In this document: positions 12,795-23,920 of the stretch, piece after piece
Layout of the letters: each line of letters opens with the position of its first letter
How positions within the stretch are numbered: position 1 is the first letter of the stretch
Assembly: GCF_018350175.1 (NCBI RefSeq)
Contig: NC_058368.1
Location: 139,068,001 to 139,132,000 of the forward strand
Reading direction: 5' to 3'
DNA from: Felis catus
Lineage: Eukaryota
Length of the DNA stretch: 64,000 nt
Made by a program: the position numbers and the translations under genes
The notes under the pieces: generated by a model
The model's database searches: none
Told to the model about the DNA's origin: nothing
Seen by the model: only the letters and a program-made list of their open reading frames with translations

Positions 12795-13458
12795 TTAAAT
12801 GTTAAGATTCTTAAAACAGATTTAAGAATGTTCTCTAAAATCACAACCATTTTCATTGTCCCTAATGTTCACCAGTGAACAGTTTTCCACATGACAATAT
12901 CTTGAGTAAACTTTCAATGTCAACTTCAAACAGGCTTGAGTATCTACCATAATCCTGCCACAGAGATATCTAGGGTATTATTATTATAAGCTTCACTTAT
13001 TATAGTTTGAAACTAAGATTAAATAAACTGATCAAAGTCACCAATAATAAAGTTCAGTTAGACATTCAGATGCATGATCTGTCATTATAACTCAAGGATT
13101 TTTCTAACAACTACATTTGCTATCACACACAGTTATCCCCTTTCTTCCAAAAGCCAGCCCAATTTTGCTATAACTTTACCTTAGGCGTTCTTGGTATCAT
13201 GTTATCAGTTCAGAATTAGGATAGAAAATTCCATAAACACAAAGCATACTGTGTGGTTTGAGGAGAGGGACAGTTGGTGTTTTGTATTTGCCACTTACAC
13301 ACTGACCAGGATCTCTCCTTATCACATTTCTACCTGTTTTCAAACTCCTTTTTTAATGGGACTGAATTGAGATTCCATGGAATACTTATACTCTAGAGCG
13401 AACAGCTATTTATAAATTTAAGTTATAGTCCATTAAAAACTCAAAACTGTATTCCTAC

Positions 13459-13680
13459 TTTTTTTAAATGTTTATTTATTCTTGAGAGAGAGGGGGAGAG
13501 AGAGGAGAGAGACAGAATGTAAGCAGGGAAGGGGCAGAGAGACAGACCCAGAATCCCAAGCAGGCTCCAGGCTCTGGGCTGTCAGCACAGAGCCCAACGT
13601 GGGGCTTGAACTCCCAAACCGTTAGATCATGACCTGAGTTGAAGTTGGATGCTTAACCGACTGAGCCACCCAGGCACCCC
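13459..13680 (-). mobile_element. Carnivore SINE
   Basis: TSD TGTATT(C/T)CTACTTTT. Confidence 0.92.
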
Positions 13681-13728
13681 TGTATTTCTACTTTTAACAA
13701 ATGGGGGGGAAAAAAACCCTTGAAATAC

Positions 13729-13817
13729 CTTGCTCCAGTTTTGTCCATTTTGTTTAAAAAACAGATTCGAGGTATCCTGTGTTTATCAGCTTGCCTCCAT
13801 ACTGTGAGAGTCTGGGC
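13729..13817 (-). CDS. GFM2: GFM2 exon 8, [29 protein letters not shown] (G4 NKMD)
   Basis: 89 nt, CAG/GT boundaries. Confidence 0.96.
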
Positions 13818-14462
13818 CTGGAGCAAAGAGAAAGGGAAAAAAAAACCACATATTGGACAAAAATAACTCCACCACACATGGAACAAATAGATCTAAGAAT
13901 CTATTATAACATGGAACTGGGCCCTGTTCCAACACAGAATTAGTGCCGCTGCACTAGCTACTCTTCTGCTAGTGGGTAATAGAACAAAGAACATGATGAA
14001 GTGTGATACAGAACGTGCTTCAAACTGAGAATACTCCTTTGGGTGGTCTAGGTTGCCACACAAGGAAAACAAACACCTGGGAGGTATTAAGAGTCATGGA
14101 AAGAGGACTTAATCAAGAACCAGAAGATGTCATTTTTGTCTGGCTTCACCTTACCCAGAACAGGTCACATAATACTGAACTCATCAGTTTGCTGACCAGC
14201 AAAAATAGGGACTTTTGCCTTAATTCTTTTGTTGTTGTAATGTAAAAAGAATAGGACTGTATTGTGATAAAAAATGATATTGTGATAAAAATATGCATTT
14301 TTACTCCTGAAACCAATATTGCACTATGTGTTAACTAAAATTTAAATAAAACTTTTTAAAAGTACATGCATTTTTATTATGAATGTTTAAATATTGAGTT
14401 AAACTGAAGAGTGAGGGAGAAAAAAGCCAATAACTGTATTTCTTAGTAGCAATTCTCACGTA

Positions 14463-14526
14463 TTTTTATTTTTAATTATTTATTTTGAGAGAGACAGAAA
14501 GCACACATGCATGCATGGGGGGGGGG

Positions 14527-14582
<56 letters not shown>

Positions 14583-14710
14583 CTCCCAGGCAGGTTCCAG
14601 GCTGTCAGCACAGAGCCCCGATATGGAGCTTAATCCCACAAACCACGAGATTATGACCTGAACCGAAATCAAGAGTCAGATGTTTAACCAAATGAGCCAC
14701 CCAGGCGCCC
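14463..14710 (-). mobile_element. Carnivore SINE with long (GA)n
   Basis: SINEC body, degenerate TSD. Confidence 0.9.
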
Positions 14711-14879
14711 CTCTCATATGCTTTTCTATTTGACTTTTTAATTCTAATTTTTACACATTTTAAATATAAATAGTTTGAGTCTGTTACAATATCTCTGCCT
14801 AGTGGAGTCTCAAAGCCCTAGAACAGAGCATACAAAGCCTAATGTGCTGACATTACCTGATACAGAAGCCACTTTATAT

Positions 14880-15790
14880 AATTTGTTTAGGTAAAATTTA
14901 GATAGAATAAAAAACACTCCAGGGTATAGTGCGTTCTTGTAAATGTATAGATTTGTATAGCTACTATCCTAAACAAGATACAGAACCTAAGAAATTTTTC
15001 TTATGTCCCATCCCCCATAAACAACCTGTCCTCACATTTGTCACCACAGACTCATTCCATTTTTGAATCTCGTATAAATAACATGGCTTGTTTCACTAAA
15101 CATAAAGTTTTTGACATTCATTTATGTTGTTAGGTATGATGGCTGTTATTTTTGTTGTTGTTGTTTTGTTTTTGGCTAAACCCCTTCGTATAAATGTGCC
15201 AGCTTGTTTGTCCACCTGTGGATGAGCACCCAGGTTACTTCTAGTTTCGGGCTATTATGAATTTAGCTGCTGTAAATATTCTGAAAAAGTCTTTAGGAGA
15301 CAAATGTTCTCATTCCCTTGGATAAAGATACAGGAGTAGAAGTGCTGGGTGAGAGGATATGTGCAGACTTCATTTTATAAGAAACTGCCGAATAGTCTTC
15401 CAAAGTATAATATTTTACAGTTCCACCAACAGTGTATAAGAGTTCCACTTGTTCCACAACTTCAGCCAGTATTTGCCATCATTTTTTTCAACTTCAGCCA
15501 TTCTTGTGGATGTCAAATAGTTTTTCTTTGTAATTTTAATTTGCATTTCTTGATAATCAATGAGACTGAGCATCTTTTCATGTGCTCACTGGGCCATTCA
15601 TGTCTCTGGTGAAAAATCCACTCAAGTCTCTTGTCCATTTATTAACTGAGTTGTAAGTTTTTATTACTGATTTGTAGTTATTCATATATTCTGGATACAA
15701 GTCCTTGATCACACCCATGTACCATGTACTATGAAAATTTCAGCACATACTTCCTAAAACAATGATATTTTCCTACATAATCAATAGTGG
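14880..15790 (-). mobile_element. Old L1M fragment(s)
   Basis: Degenerate antisense L1 3' region (ttccaccaacagtgtataagagttcc, gagcatcttttcatgtg). Confidence 0.7.
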
Positions 15791-15792
15791 GG

Positions 15793-16030
15793 TTTTTTTT
15801 GTTTTTTTTTTTTAATTTTTTTTTTTCAACGTTTATTTATTTTGGGGACAGAGAGAGACAGAGCATGAACGGGCGAGGGGCAGAGAGAGAGGGAGACACA
15901 GAAACGGAAACAGGCTCCAGGCTCTGAGCCATCAGCCCAGAGCCCGACGCGGGGCTCGAACTCACGGACCGCGAGATTGTGACCTGGCTGAAGTCGGACG
16001 CTTAACCGACTGCGCCACCCAGGCGCCCCC
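15793..16030 (-). mobile_element. Young SINEC_Fc-type SINE
   Basis: CpG-rich intact body; TSD AATCAATAGTG. Confidence 0.95.
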
Positions 16031-16328
16031 AAAATCAATAGTGTTATCGCATTCTGGAAATTTAACATTCATATACTATATCTAACATGAGAAATTTTTT
16101 CATAGCCTACAGCTTCCCTTTTTATTTTTTAATTTTTTTAGTTTTAATGAGAAGATGTAATTTTGATAAAGTCCAATGAATCAACTTTTCTTCTTCTAGT
16201 ATGCTTTATATCCTAAGATATTGTTACCTACCCCCAAGGTAACTAATTTCTGCATATGGTGAGGTGGGGGCTGGGGGTATATTATAAATTTTCCAAGAAA
16301 AAAGCATATTAAAAAATATAGAAAGACT

Positions 16329-16554
16329 GGGCGCCTGGGTGGCGCAGTTGGTTAAGCGTCCGACTTCAGCCAGGTCACGATCTCGCAGTCCGTGAGTTCG
16401 AGCCCCGCGTCAGGCTCTGGGCTGATGGCTCGGAGCCTGGAGCCTGTTTCCGATTCTGTGTCTCCCTCTCTTTCTGCCCCTCCCCCGTTCATGCTCTGTC
16501 TCTCTCTGTCCCAAAAATAAATAAAAACGTTGAAAAAAAAAATTAAAAAAAAAA
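16329..16554 (+). mobile_element. Young SINEC_Fc-type SINE
   Basis: TSD AAAAAATATAGAAAGACT. Confidence 0.95.
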
Positions 16555-17038
16555 ATATAGAAAGACTTCCATTATCCCACCTACTAGCTAAAAGTCCATT
16601 TTAGCATGTTGTAGCACATAAAAGGCTTCTGTGTCACAAATTCAGAAATTTCCTATTCCAATATGTTTCAATTTTGTAAATAATGCCATCTGTCAAATGT
16701 ACATATACAAGTCATAATGACAGAAAGAATGCAACCATTAGGACGTGAAGTGATCAGAAAGAAATGGGAATAATGTATAATCAATCTCAGACCTCAAGGT
16801 CAGGCTGTATTTAGATCAAAAAAACATCACTGCCTGTCAGCAGTCCTCAGGTCGGGCTTTCCATAACTGTATTATTTCCCCCCAACAACTTTTCATTCTG
16901 AAAAATCTCAAACCTATAAAAAAGGTAAAAAAACAGTACAACAAATACCATGTACCCTTCACCTAGATTCACCAAGTATGAACACCTTGCCACACTTGCC
17001 TTTTTTTCCCCAAATGTGCATATGAACACATTAGAATG

Positions 17039-17470
17039 TGTGCACTGGGTATGGGAATGTGCCACTTGGATCTACTACACAGAGCATAATTAAATGATAG
17101 CTCCAGGTGCTAGTCATCTTGACTACTAACTACCACGGTCTCTCAAGGACCAGCTAATGGCCAAGCAGAGCAGAATTATTAATGTAGGTTATTCCTACAA
17201 AACATGTGGGACTTCTCCAACAGGCGACTTTGCCTTGAGGACTTCCATCAGCCTAGCCAAACCCCTTTTGGAAATGTGCTATAGTCTGAAACTCTTCCTA
17301 CCCAATCAATCGTCCTGTCACCAAGAGCTCCCTGATCTGCCCTCTGGTCTGAAAGCTCTCTTCCACTTCTCTCTTTTCTCCTTTACTCTTCACAGGGATT
17401 TCCACCAATAAATCTTTTATGCATCTAATCCCAACTTGGCATCTAACGCTCAAAGTACCCAAACTAACAA
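17039..17470 (+). mobile_element. Solo ERVL LTR (LTR16-like) nested in an old antisense L1M fragment
   Basis: AATAAA then ...catctaatcccaacttggcatct...cccaaactaaca, typical of the LTR16 3' end. Confidence 0.7.
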
Positions 17471-17634
17471 CATACGTGTATGTGTGCGTGGGAGGTGAAC
17501 CACTAGAGCAAGATGCAGATATCATGACACTTTAATCCTAAATACTTCAGCCTGTATTTTCTAAAAATAAGGATATTCTCCTACATAACCATTTACAAAG
17601 ATCATATTCAAAGAATTTAAGCTGATACAATACT

Positions 17635-17857
17635 TTTTTCTTTTTTTTCTTTTTAATGTTTATTTATTTTTGAGACAGAGAGAGACAGAGTATGAGCAGG
17701 GGAGGGGCAGAGAAAGAGGCAGACACAGAATCGGAAACAGGCTCCAGGCTCTGAGCTGTCAGCACAGAGCCCGACACAGGGCTCAAACTCACAGACCGTG
17801 AGATCATGACCTGAGCTGAAGTCAGACGCCTAACCAACTGAGCCACCCGGGTGCCCC
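17635..17857 (-). mobile_element. Carnivore SINE
   Basis: TSD TACAATACTTTTTT. Confidence 0.92.
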
Positions 17858-18012
17858 TACAATACTTTTTTCTAATAACATATCATCTATATTAAAATTA
17901 TTCTGGTTTTCCTACTGATGCTCTTTGTAACTTTTTGTTTTTGAATCCAGGATCCTTCCAAAGATCATATTACATTTAGTTTTCTCGTTTGTTTAGAATC
18001 CTTTCAACTACA

Positions 18013-18217
18013 GGGGTGCCTGCGTGGCTCAGTCAGTTAAGCATCCAACTTCAGTTCAGGTCGTGATCTCATGGTTCAGGAGTTCAAGTCCCACATGGGG
18101 CTCTGTGTTGACAGCTCAAAGCCTGGAGCCTACTTCGGATTCTGTGTCTCCCTCTCTCTCTGCCCCTCTCCTGCTCGCACTCTCTCTCTTTCAAAAATAA
18201 ACAAACATTAAAAAAAA
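18013..18217 (+). mobile_element. Carnivore SINE
   Basis: SINEC head, (CT)n, tail. Confidence 0.9.
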
Positions 18218-18550
18218 CTTTTAAAAAATTTCATTTGATTGCCTTCTCATGATTAGATTTGAGCCAAACATTCTGCCAAGAATACAACATAATGTTGTGC
18301 CCTTCTCAGTGCATCCTATGAGGAAGCCCATGGTGTCGATTTGTATCATTTGGGAAATGTTAATATCGATCATTTAGTGTATCACTTTTAGTAATTTTAC
18401 GATTAGAAGAAGTGAAGAGGATTCTATATTTAATAAAAAGCCAATCTTGAAATTGTAAGACATATAGCGATATGCTAAAGAGTACATAACTGACCCCAGT
18501 ATAATTTATTTTAAATCCACTTTCAAGATTTATTCAAAAAACTCAGTAAC

Positions 18551-19053
18551 TGTTAGGACACAATTCTTCATGGGTATTTCACCTTTCTACATAGTTTGTT
18601 AGGAAAGGCACTAACTGCCTTTGTTCTGGACTATGTCTTCAAAGATGTCTTCAAATATAGTAAACGGCTTAGAAAGAGAAGTGTCTTCCTCTGAGTCAAA
18701 AGGTAGGTTTGTTTATAAGCCTGGAAGATAACACCTCTCTCCAGAGCAAACAGCAGGCATGCTTACTGCCCATTATAAAACATGTGCATTTTCTAAGCAC
18801 AGGGTTCCATGGCATGTGCAACTCTTGACTCTCTTGACTCTCTTTAGGTCACCCTGTGGGAATTGGGGCTTGGGTAACGAAGACAAGAAATTATCGACAC
18901 TCTGGCTATTGCTATTCCTGTGACTAACAGTCCTTTGTCTCTGACTCAAAAGTCTTATGTCTTATGCCAGCATGCCATAAAACTGTGGCAGGTTAACTAG
19001 TTAGCTTAAAAAAAAAACAGGTAAGAATCTCAAGCCCTTCACAGTTTTCAGCA
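18551..19053 (+). mobile_element. Solo ERVL LTR (LTR40-like)
   Basis: TG...CA ends, resembles recalled LTR40 consensus; 5-bp TSD GTAAC/CTAAC. Confidence 0.8.
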
Positions 19054-19284
19054 CTAACTTTCATATTTTCTACAGAAAAGCAACTATTTCCCTTTTATTA
19101 CGAAATATCTGAGATCACATATAGACCTGTATATATGATTGCAGTATTAAATTCCAATTTCACCATAATTTGATTAATGTGAACTTAACAAATACAGGGC
19201 TATCGTAACTAAATCTGATACATTCTACTTTAAGAAAAAATTATGTTGTTGGTATCTTCACTTTACTTTGAGAATATTTTTTAC

Positions 19285-19373
19285 CTCTACACCAGCAGAG
19301 GCATCAAACACAGCTACTGCACCATCCAACACTCTAAGGCAGCGCTCAACCTCCAAGGTAAAGTCTACATGAC
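19285..19373 (-). CDS. GFM2: GFM2 exon 7, [29 protein letters not shown]
   Basis: 89 nt, TAG/GTAA boundaries. Confidence 0.96.
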
Positions 19374-19408
19374 CTAAAAAAAAGATGAGAAACATAACAC
19401 TTAAAATC

Positions 19409-19437
19409 TTTTATTAATTTTTCTATGTTTATTTATT

Positions 19438-19475
<38 letters not shown>

Positions 19476-19641
19476 CATGAGCAGGGGAGGGGCTGAGAGA
19501 GAGGGAGACACAGAATCTAAGCAGGCTCCAGGGTCTGAGCTGTCAGCACAGAGCCCGACACGGGGCTCGAACTCATGGACCGTGAGATCATGACCTGAGC
19601 TAAGCCTGGACACTCAACCTACTGAACCACCCAGGAGCCCC
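19409..19641 (-). mobile_element. Carnivore SINE about 35 nt from the GFM2 exon 7 acceptor
   Basis: TSD AACACTTAAAATCTTTTA. Confidence 0.92.
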
Positions 19642-19656
19642 AACACTTAAAATCTT

Positions 19657-20225
19657 TTAAAAACTGAACAAAAAAACATGATCCAGCAATCCCACTTTGG
19701 GGTATATATCCAAAAGAACTGAAGGGAGAGTGTGAAAGACATATCTGCACACCACACTCATAGTAAAACTATTCACAATGGCCAAGAGGTGGAAACAACC
19801 CAAATGTCCATCAATGGATGAATGATGTATATTTACATACAAATTATGTTATATATGTACAATGGAATATTATGCAGCCTTAAAAATAAAGGAAATCCTC
19901 TCACATACTATAAGACAGATAAACCTTGAAGATTTCATGCTAAGCAAAGTAAGTCACCCACAAAAGGACAAAAACTGTAATGATTCTGCTCATATGAGGT
20001 ATCTAAAGTAATCTCCTAGATTACAAAGTAGGAGAGTAATTACCAGCAATGGGAGCAGATGACAAAGAGTAGTAGTTATATAATGGATATATAGTTTCAG
20101 TTGTGCAAGACTAAGTACTCCTGGACATCAGTTTCACAACAATGTAAGTATACTTACCTCCTGAGCTGTACACTTAAAAATGGTTAGGATGGTAAATTTT
20201 ATGATATATTTTTGAACACAATTTA
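19657..20225 (+). mobile_element. Old L1MA/MB-type 3' fragment in GFM2 intron 6
   Basis: atccagcaatcccact...aaatgtccatcaatggatgaatg...ctgtacacttaaaaatggtta. Confidence 0.8.
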
Positions 20226-20296
20226 AAAGGAAACACAAACATGAATAAAAACCTCAAATGATGCAGCACCTCTGAGTTGCTCAAACAGCACCATAC

Positions 20297-20422
20297 CTGG
20301 CGTATCAATTAAATTGACTCTATATCCCTTCCAATCAAACGTAACAGCAGCAGACTGAATAGTAATGCCTCTTTCTCGCTCTTGAGCCATGAAATCTGTC
20401 ACTGTATCTCCATCATCAACAT
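20297..20422 (-). CDS. GFM2: GFM2 exon 6, [42 protein letters not shown] (switch I, G3 start)
   Basis: 126 nt, translational GTPase signature, AG/GT boundaries. Confidence 0.97.
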
Positions 20423-21504
20423 CTGACAAGGAAAAAGATGAGACTGTTAGGCTTCATACCAAGTATATTTCATTGAGATAAGATATCTACATGACAGTTT
20501 CATTTGCTTTAAGACTGTTTATAAAATATTTGGCTTAATATCCAGAGGCCTTAATCTTACTCTACATAAGTCCTTGTTCTAGAAAAGCTTTTCCAGCAAA
20601 ATGAGTAATTTTTCCATAAAAAATATATTTTCTCTAAGATTAAATTCTAAATATTTTAATTTTTCTAAACTTTTTATTTTTTCATTTTTTCCCCTAGTTT
20701 ACCTTTCATTATCCCTTTTTATGTTTCTCATATCTGATCCCTTGACAGGAGGGAGGGTAGTGCAATGAAAAGAGCACAGACAGATCTCGATTTAAATCCC
20801 AACTTTACCATTACTACTGTATGAACCTGAGCAAGCTATTTAACCTAATTTGTACTACAAGGTTAACAAAGGCAACCTCGCTGGGTTGCCGGAAGAATAA
20901 AATGAGACTACATAAAGTACCTAGCCCAGTAAATGGTAAGTAAATGGTAGCTACAGGGAACAAGGTAAAGAAAAAACTCCTCCCAAGTAAAATTCTCCTT
21001 TACAAATCCTTCTGATTACTAAATCCGCCCCCCCCACCCCACCCCCCAGCCAAAGACACTTATGTGTACAGATGAAAACAGTCTTGGTGGAACTTCTATA
21101 GTACAAAGTTACGGATAAAGTTCACCTTGACTACTAAATTATTCTGCATTAAAATTCTTGTACTCTCATTAAATTTATACAGTAAAAGGAGTAAAAATGA
21201 GTTTATCGTTACCATTCAAAATTCAAAACCACAAGTGATCATGGCCTTATACTACCACTACTTATGTCAGCATTAAACCTCTAAAAATGCTAACCACTTT
21301 TCCTCACTGTTTGTGTATGTATAGATGTATATAAACATATGTACACATATGTGCCAACTGGGGGAAGAAAAGAAAAATTTATTTTTCAGGAGCCCCAAAT
21401 ATCTATGTTAAAAATTAGTGTTGCCAGTTACTCACAAAATAACAAACCAAGAAAACAAACATCATTAATGAGACAAAGACCAAATACCTAACCAAAAGCG
21501 CTAA

Positions 21505-21727
21505 GTTTTTATTTACTTATCTTTTTAACGTTTATTTGTTTTTGAGAAAGGGAGACAGAGCGTGAGCAGGGGAGGGGCAGAGAGAAAGGGAGACCCAGAA
21601 TTCGAAGCAAGCGCCAGGCCCTGAGCTGTCAGCAAAGAGTCCGATGCAGGGCTTGAACCCCACGAACCACTAGATCATGACCTGAGCCGAAGCTGAACAA
21701 CTAACCTACTGAGCCACCCAGGTGGCC
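21505..21727 (-). mobile_element. Carnivore SINE
   Basis: TSD-like CCAAAAGC(G/T)CTAA. Confidence 0.88.
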
Positions 21728-23702
21728 AAAAGCTCTAACTTGTAAAACATTTGTAGGAGGAGGGGATGCAAGCTGGTGGAGTAAGAGGACCCTAAGCTCA
21801 TCCCATCCTACTTTTACAGCTACATATCACTCACATCTGAGTCAATAAACTGGAGAGTGATCTGAAGACTGGCAGAACAAACTCCACAGCCAAATACAGG
21901 AAGCCAGCCCTGGAGAGGTTAGAAAGGGCAGAAAGGCAGCCAGGAGCACTGCCCACAGGAGAAAGGAAGCGGTGGTCACAGAGAAGGCAAAGCACCGGGG
22001 AGTTTACATAGGAAAAAAGAATGCCCATAACTTCCAGCCTTGAAACCAGAGGCACTGAACTCCATGACTCTGTATAACTAGGGGAGCTGGGAGTCTAGAG
22101 CTCTGAAGGTCAGGTGACTCAGCACTGGGTAGCCAGGAGTGCACGTGATAGCCAGGTCCCCGCCCTTAAAGAGACGAGGACCTTTAGAAGAGTCAACACA
22201 GACGTGACAGCTTGCACAAAGGCAAAGAGATCTGTTTATAGAGATTTCAGAGCACACTGAGGAATTCCTCTGAGAACAAAGGAACTGGCAGGTGCCATTT
22301 ATTCTCCCACCCCCCAGCATAAACAGACACAGGCGGGAGGCAGTGCTGCACAGACACCCGTGAGGTAGCGCCAGCAGTGCGCTGTGCCTTGAGTTCTCCT
22401 GAGGAATCACCCACTCTAAGTATGCTGGCCTAGGCCCTGGGCTCAGGGCAAATTTTATTAACACTGCGTGCGCCCCACCCAATCACTGCCTTCGCGTGCT
22501 GTGGCCCTGTGGCCATCGCACTTTGGCAGATCTATCCAGGTCTAGCAGCTCAGTGCAGATTTTGCTAAAGTTGAATGCCCCCAGCCACCACGCACAGACC
22601 CCTATGCTTCTTGTCACTACCTCAGCCGTGTGCTTTGTGTCCGGCTACTAACACATGCCACGCCGCTGGCCACCACCGTGATTTAGGGGATCTGGCCTGG
22701 GACTACTGACTCGGTGCAAATTTTGGTTAACACTGCTGCCTGGCCCCTGAGCCCTCCTATGGTCATGCCCTCTCAAGCCGGCCTGCCTGGATCTAATACC
22801 ACAGAAAGCAAGCACAGCCCACAAGCGGCAGATAGTCAGTGCAAAAGTCTGGACTGAAAGAGAAAGCACAATAGTAGGACGCAAGCAACGCAACGCAAGC
22901 AAAGCAACGCAAGCAACATACAGCAGACTCCTCTGAAGTGTCACTTTCTGGTGAATAGGGAACAGTGCACTGCAGGGCACTACAAGACCTCTTCTTCATA
23001 AAGCCACTACTTTTAACAGCAGGAGATATGGCTGACTTTCCTAATACACAGAAACAGACACAGAGAGGTAGGCAAAATAAGGAGACAGGGGAATATGTCC
23101 CAAATGAAAGAACATGACAAAATCACAACAGGAGACATAAGTGAAACAGAAATTATTAAGCCTGGTAGAGAATTTAGAATAATAATCACAAAGATACTCA
23201 CTAAACTTCAGAAAAGAGTGGAGGATATTGTTGACACCCTTAGCAAAGACAGAAAAAAATAACATCAGACATGAAGACTCAATAAATGAAACAAAAAAAT
23301 ATAATAAATGGAATAAAAAGTAGGCTACAGGAAGCAAAGGAATGTTATCAGTGACCCGGAGGATAGAGAAATGGGAAGCAATCAAGATGAACAGATGAGA
23401 GACAAATACTGCATAATAAGAACTGACTTACGGAACTCTCACTCAATCAAGCATAGTAACATTCACGTTACACGGATCCCAAAAGAGAGAGAAAGGGTGG
23501 CAGTAAATGTATCTGAAGAAAAAATAGCTGAATACTTCCCAAATGTGAGGAGGGAAACAGAGATCCAGATTCAGGAGGCACAACAAATTGTCCCAACAAA
23601 TTCAACCCCCAACAAACAAATTGCCACAACAAATTCAAACTCCCCAACAAATGCAACTCAAGGGATTCCACACAAAGACACACATTAATTAAAATGGAAA
23701 AG

Positions 23703-23920
23703 GGGCGCCTGGGTGGCTCAGTCAGTTAAGCGTCCGACTTCGGCTCAGGTCATGATCTCACGGTCCGTGATTTCGAGCCCCGCATCGGGCTCTGTGCTGA
23801 CAGCTCAGAGCCTGGAGCCTGCTTCAGATTCTGTGGCTCCCTCTCTCTGGCCCTCCCCCGTTCATGCTCTGTCTCTCTCTGTCTCAAAAATAAATAAACG
23901 TTAAAAAAATAATAATAAAA
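23703..23920 (+). mobile_element. SINE nested in L1 ORF1 (further nested SINEs at about 24294-24470 and 26199-26418)
   Basis: SINEC body; TSD TAAAATGGAAAA. Confidence 0.92.
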
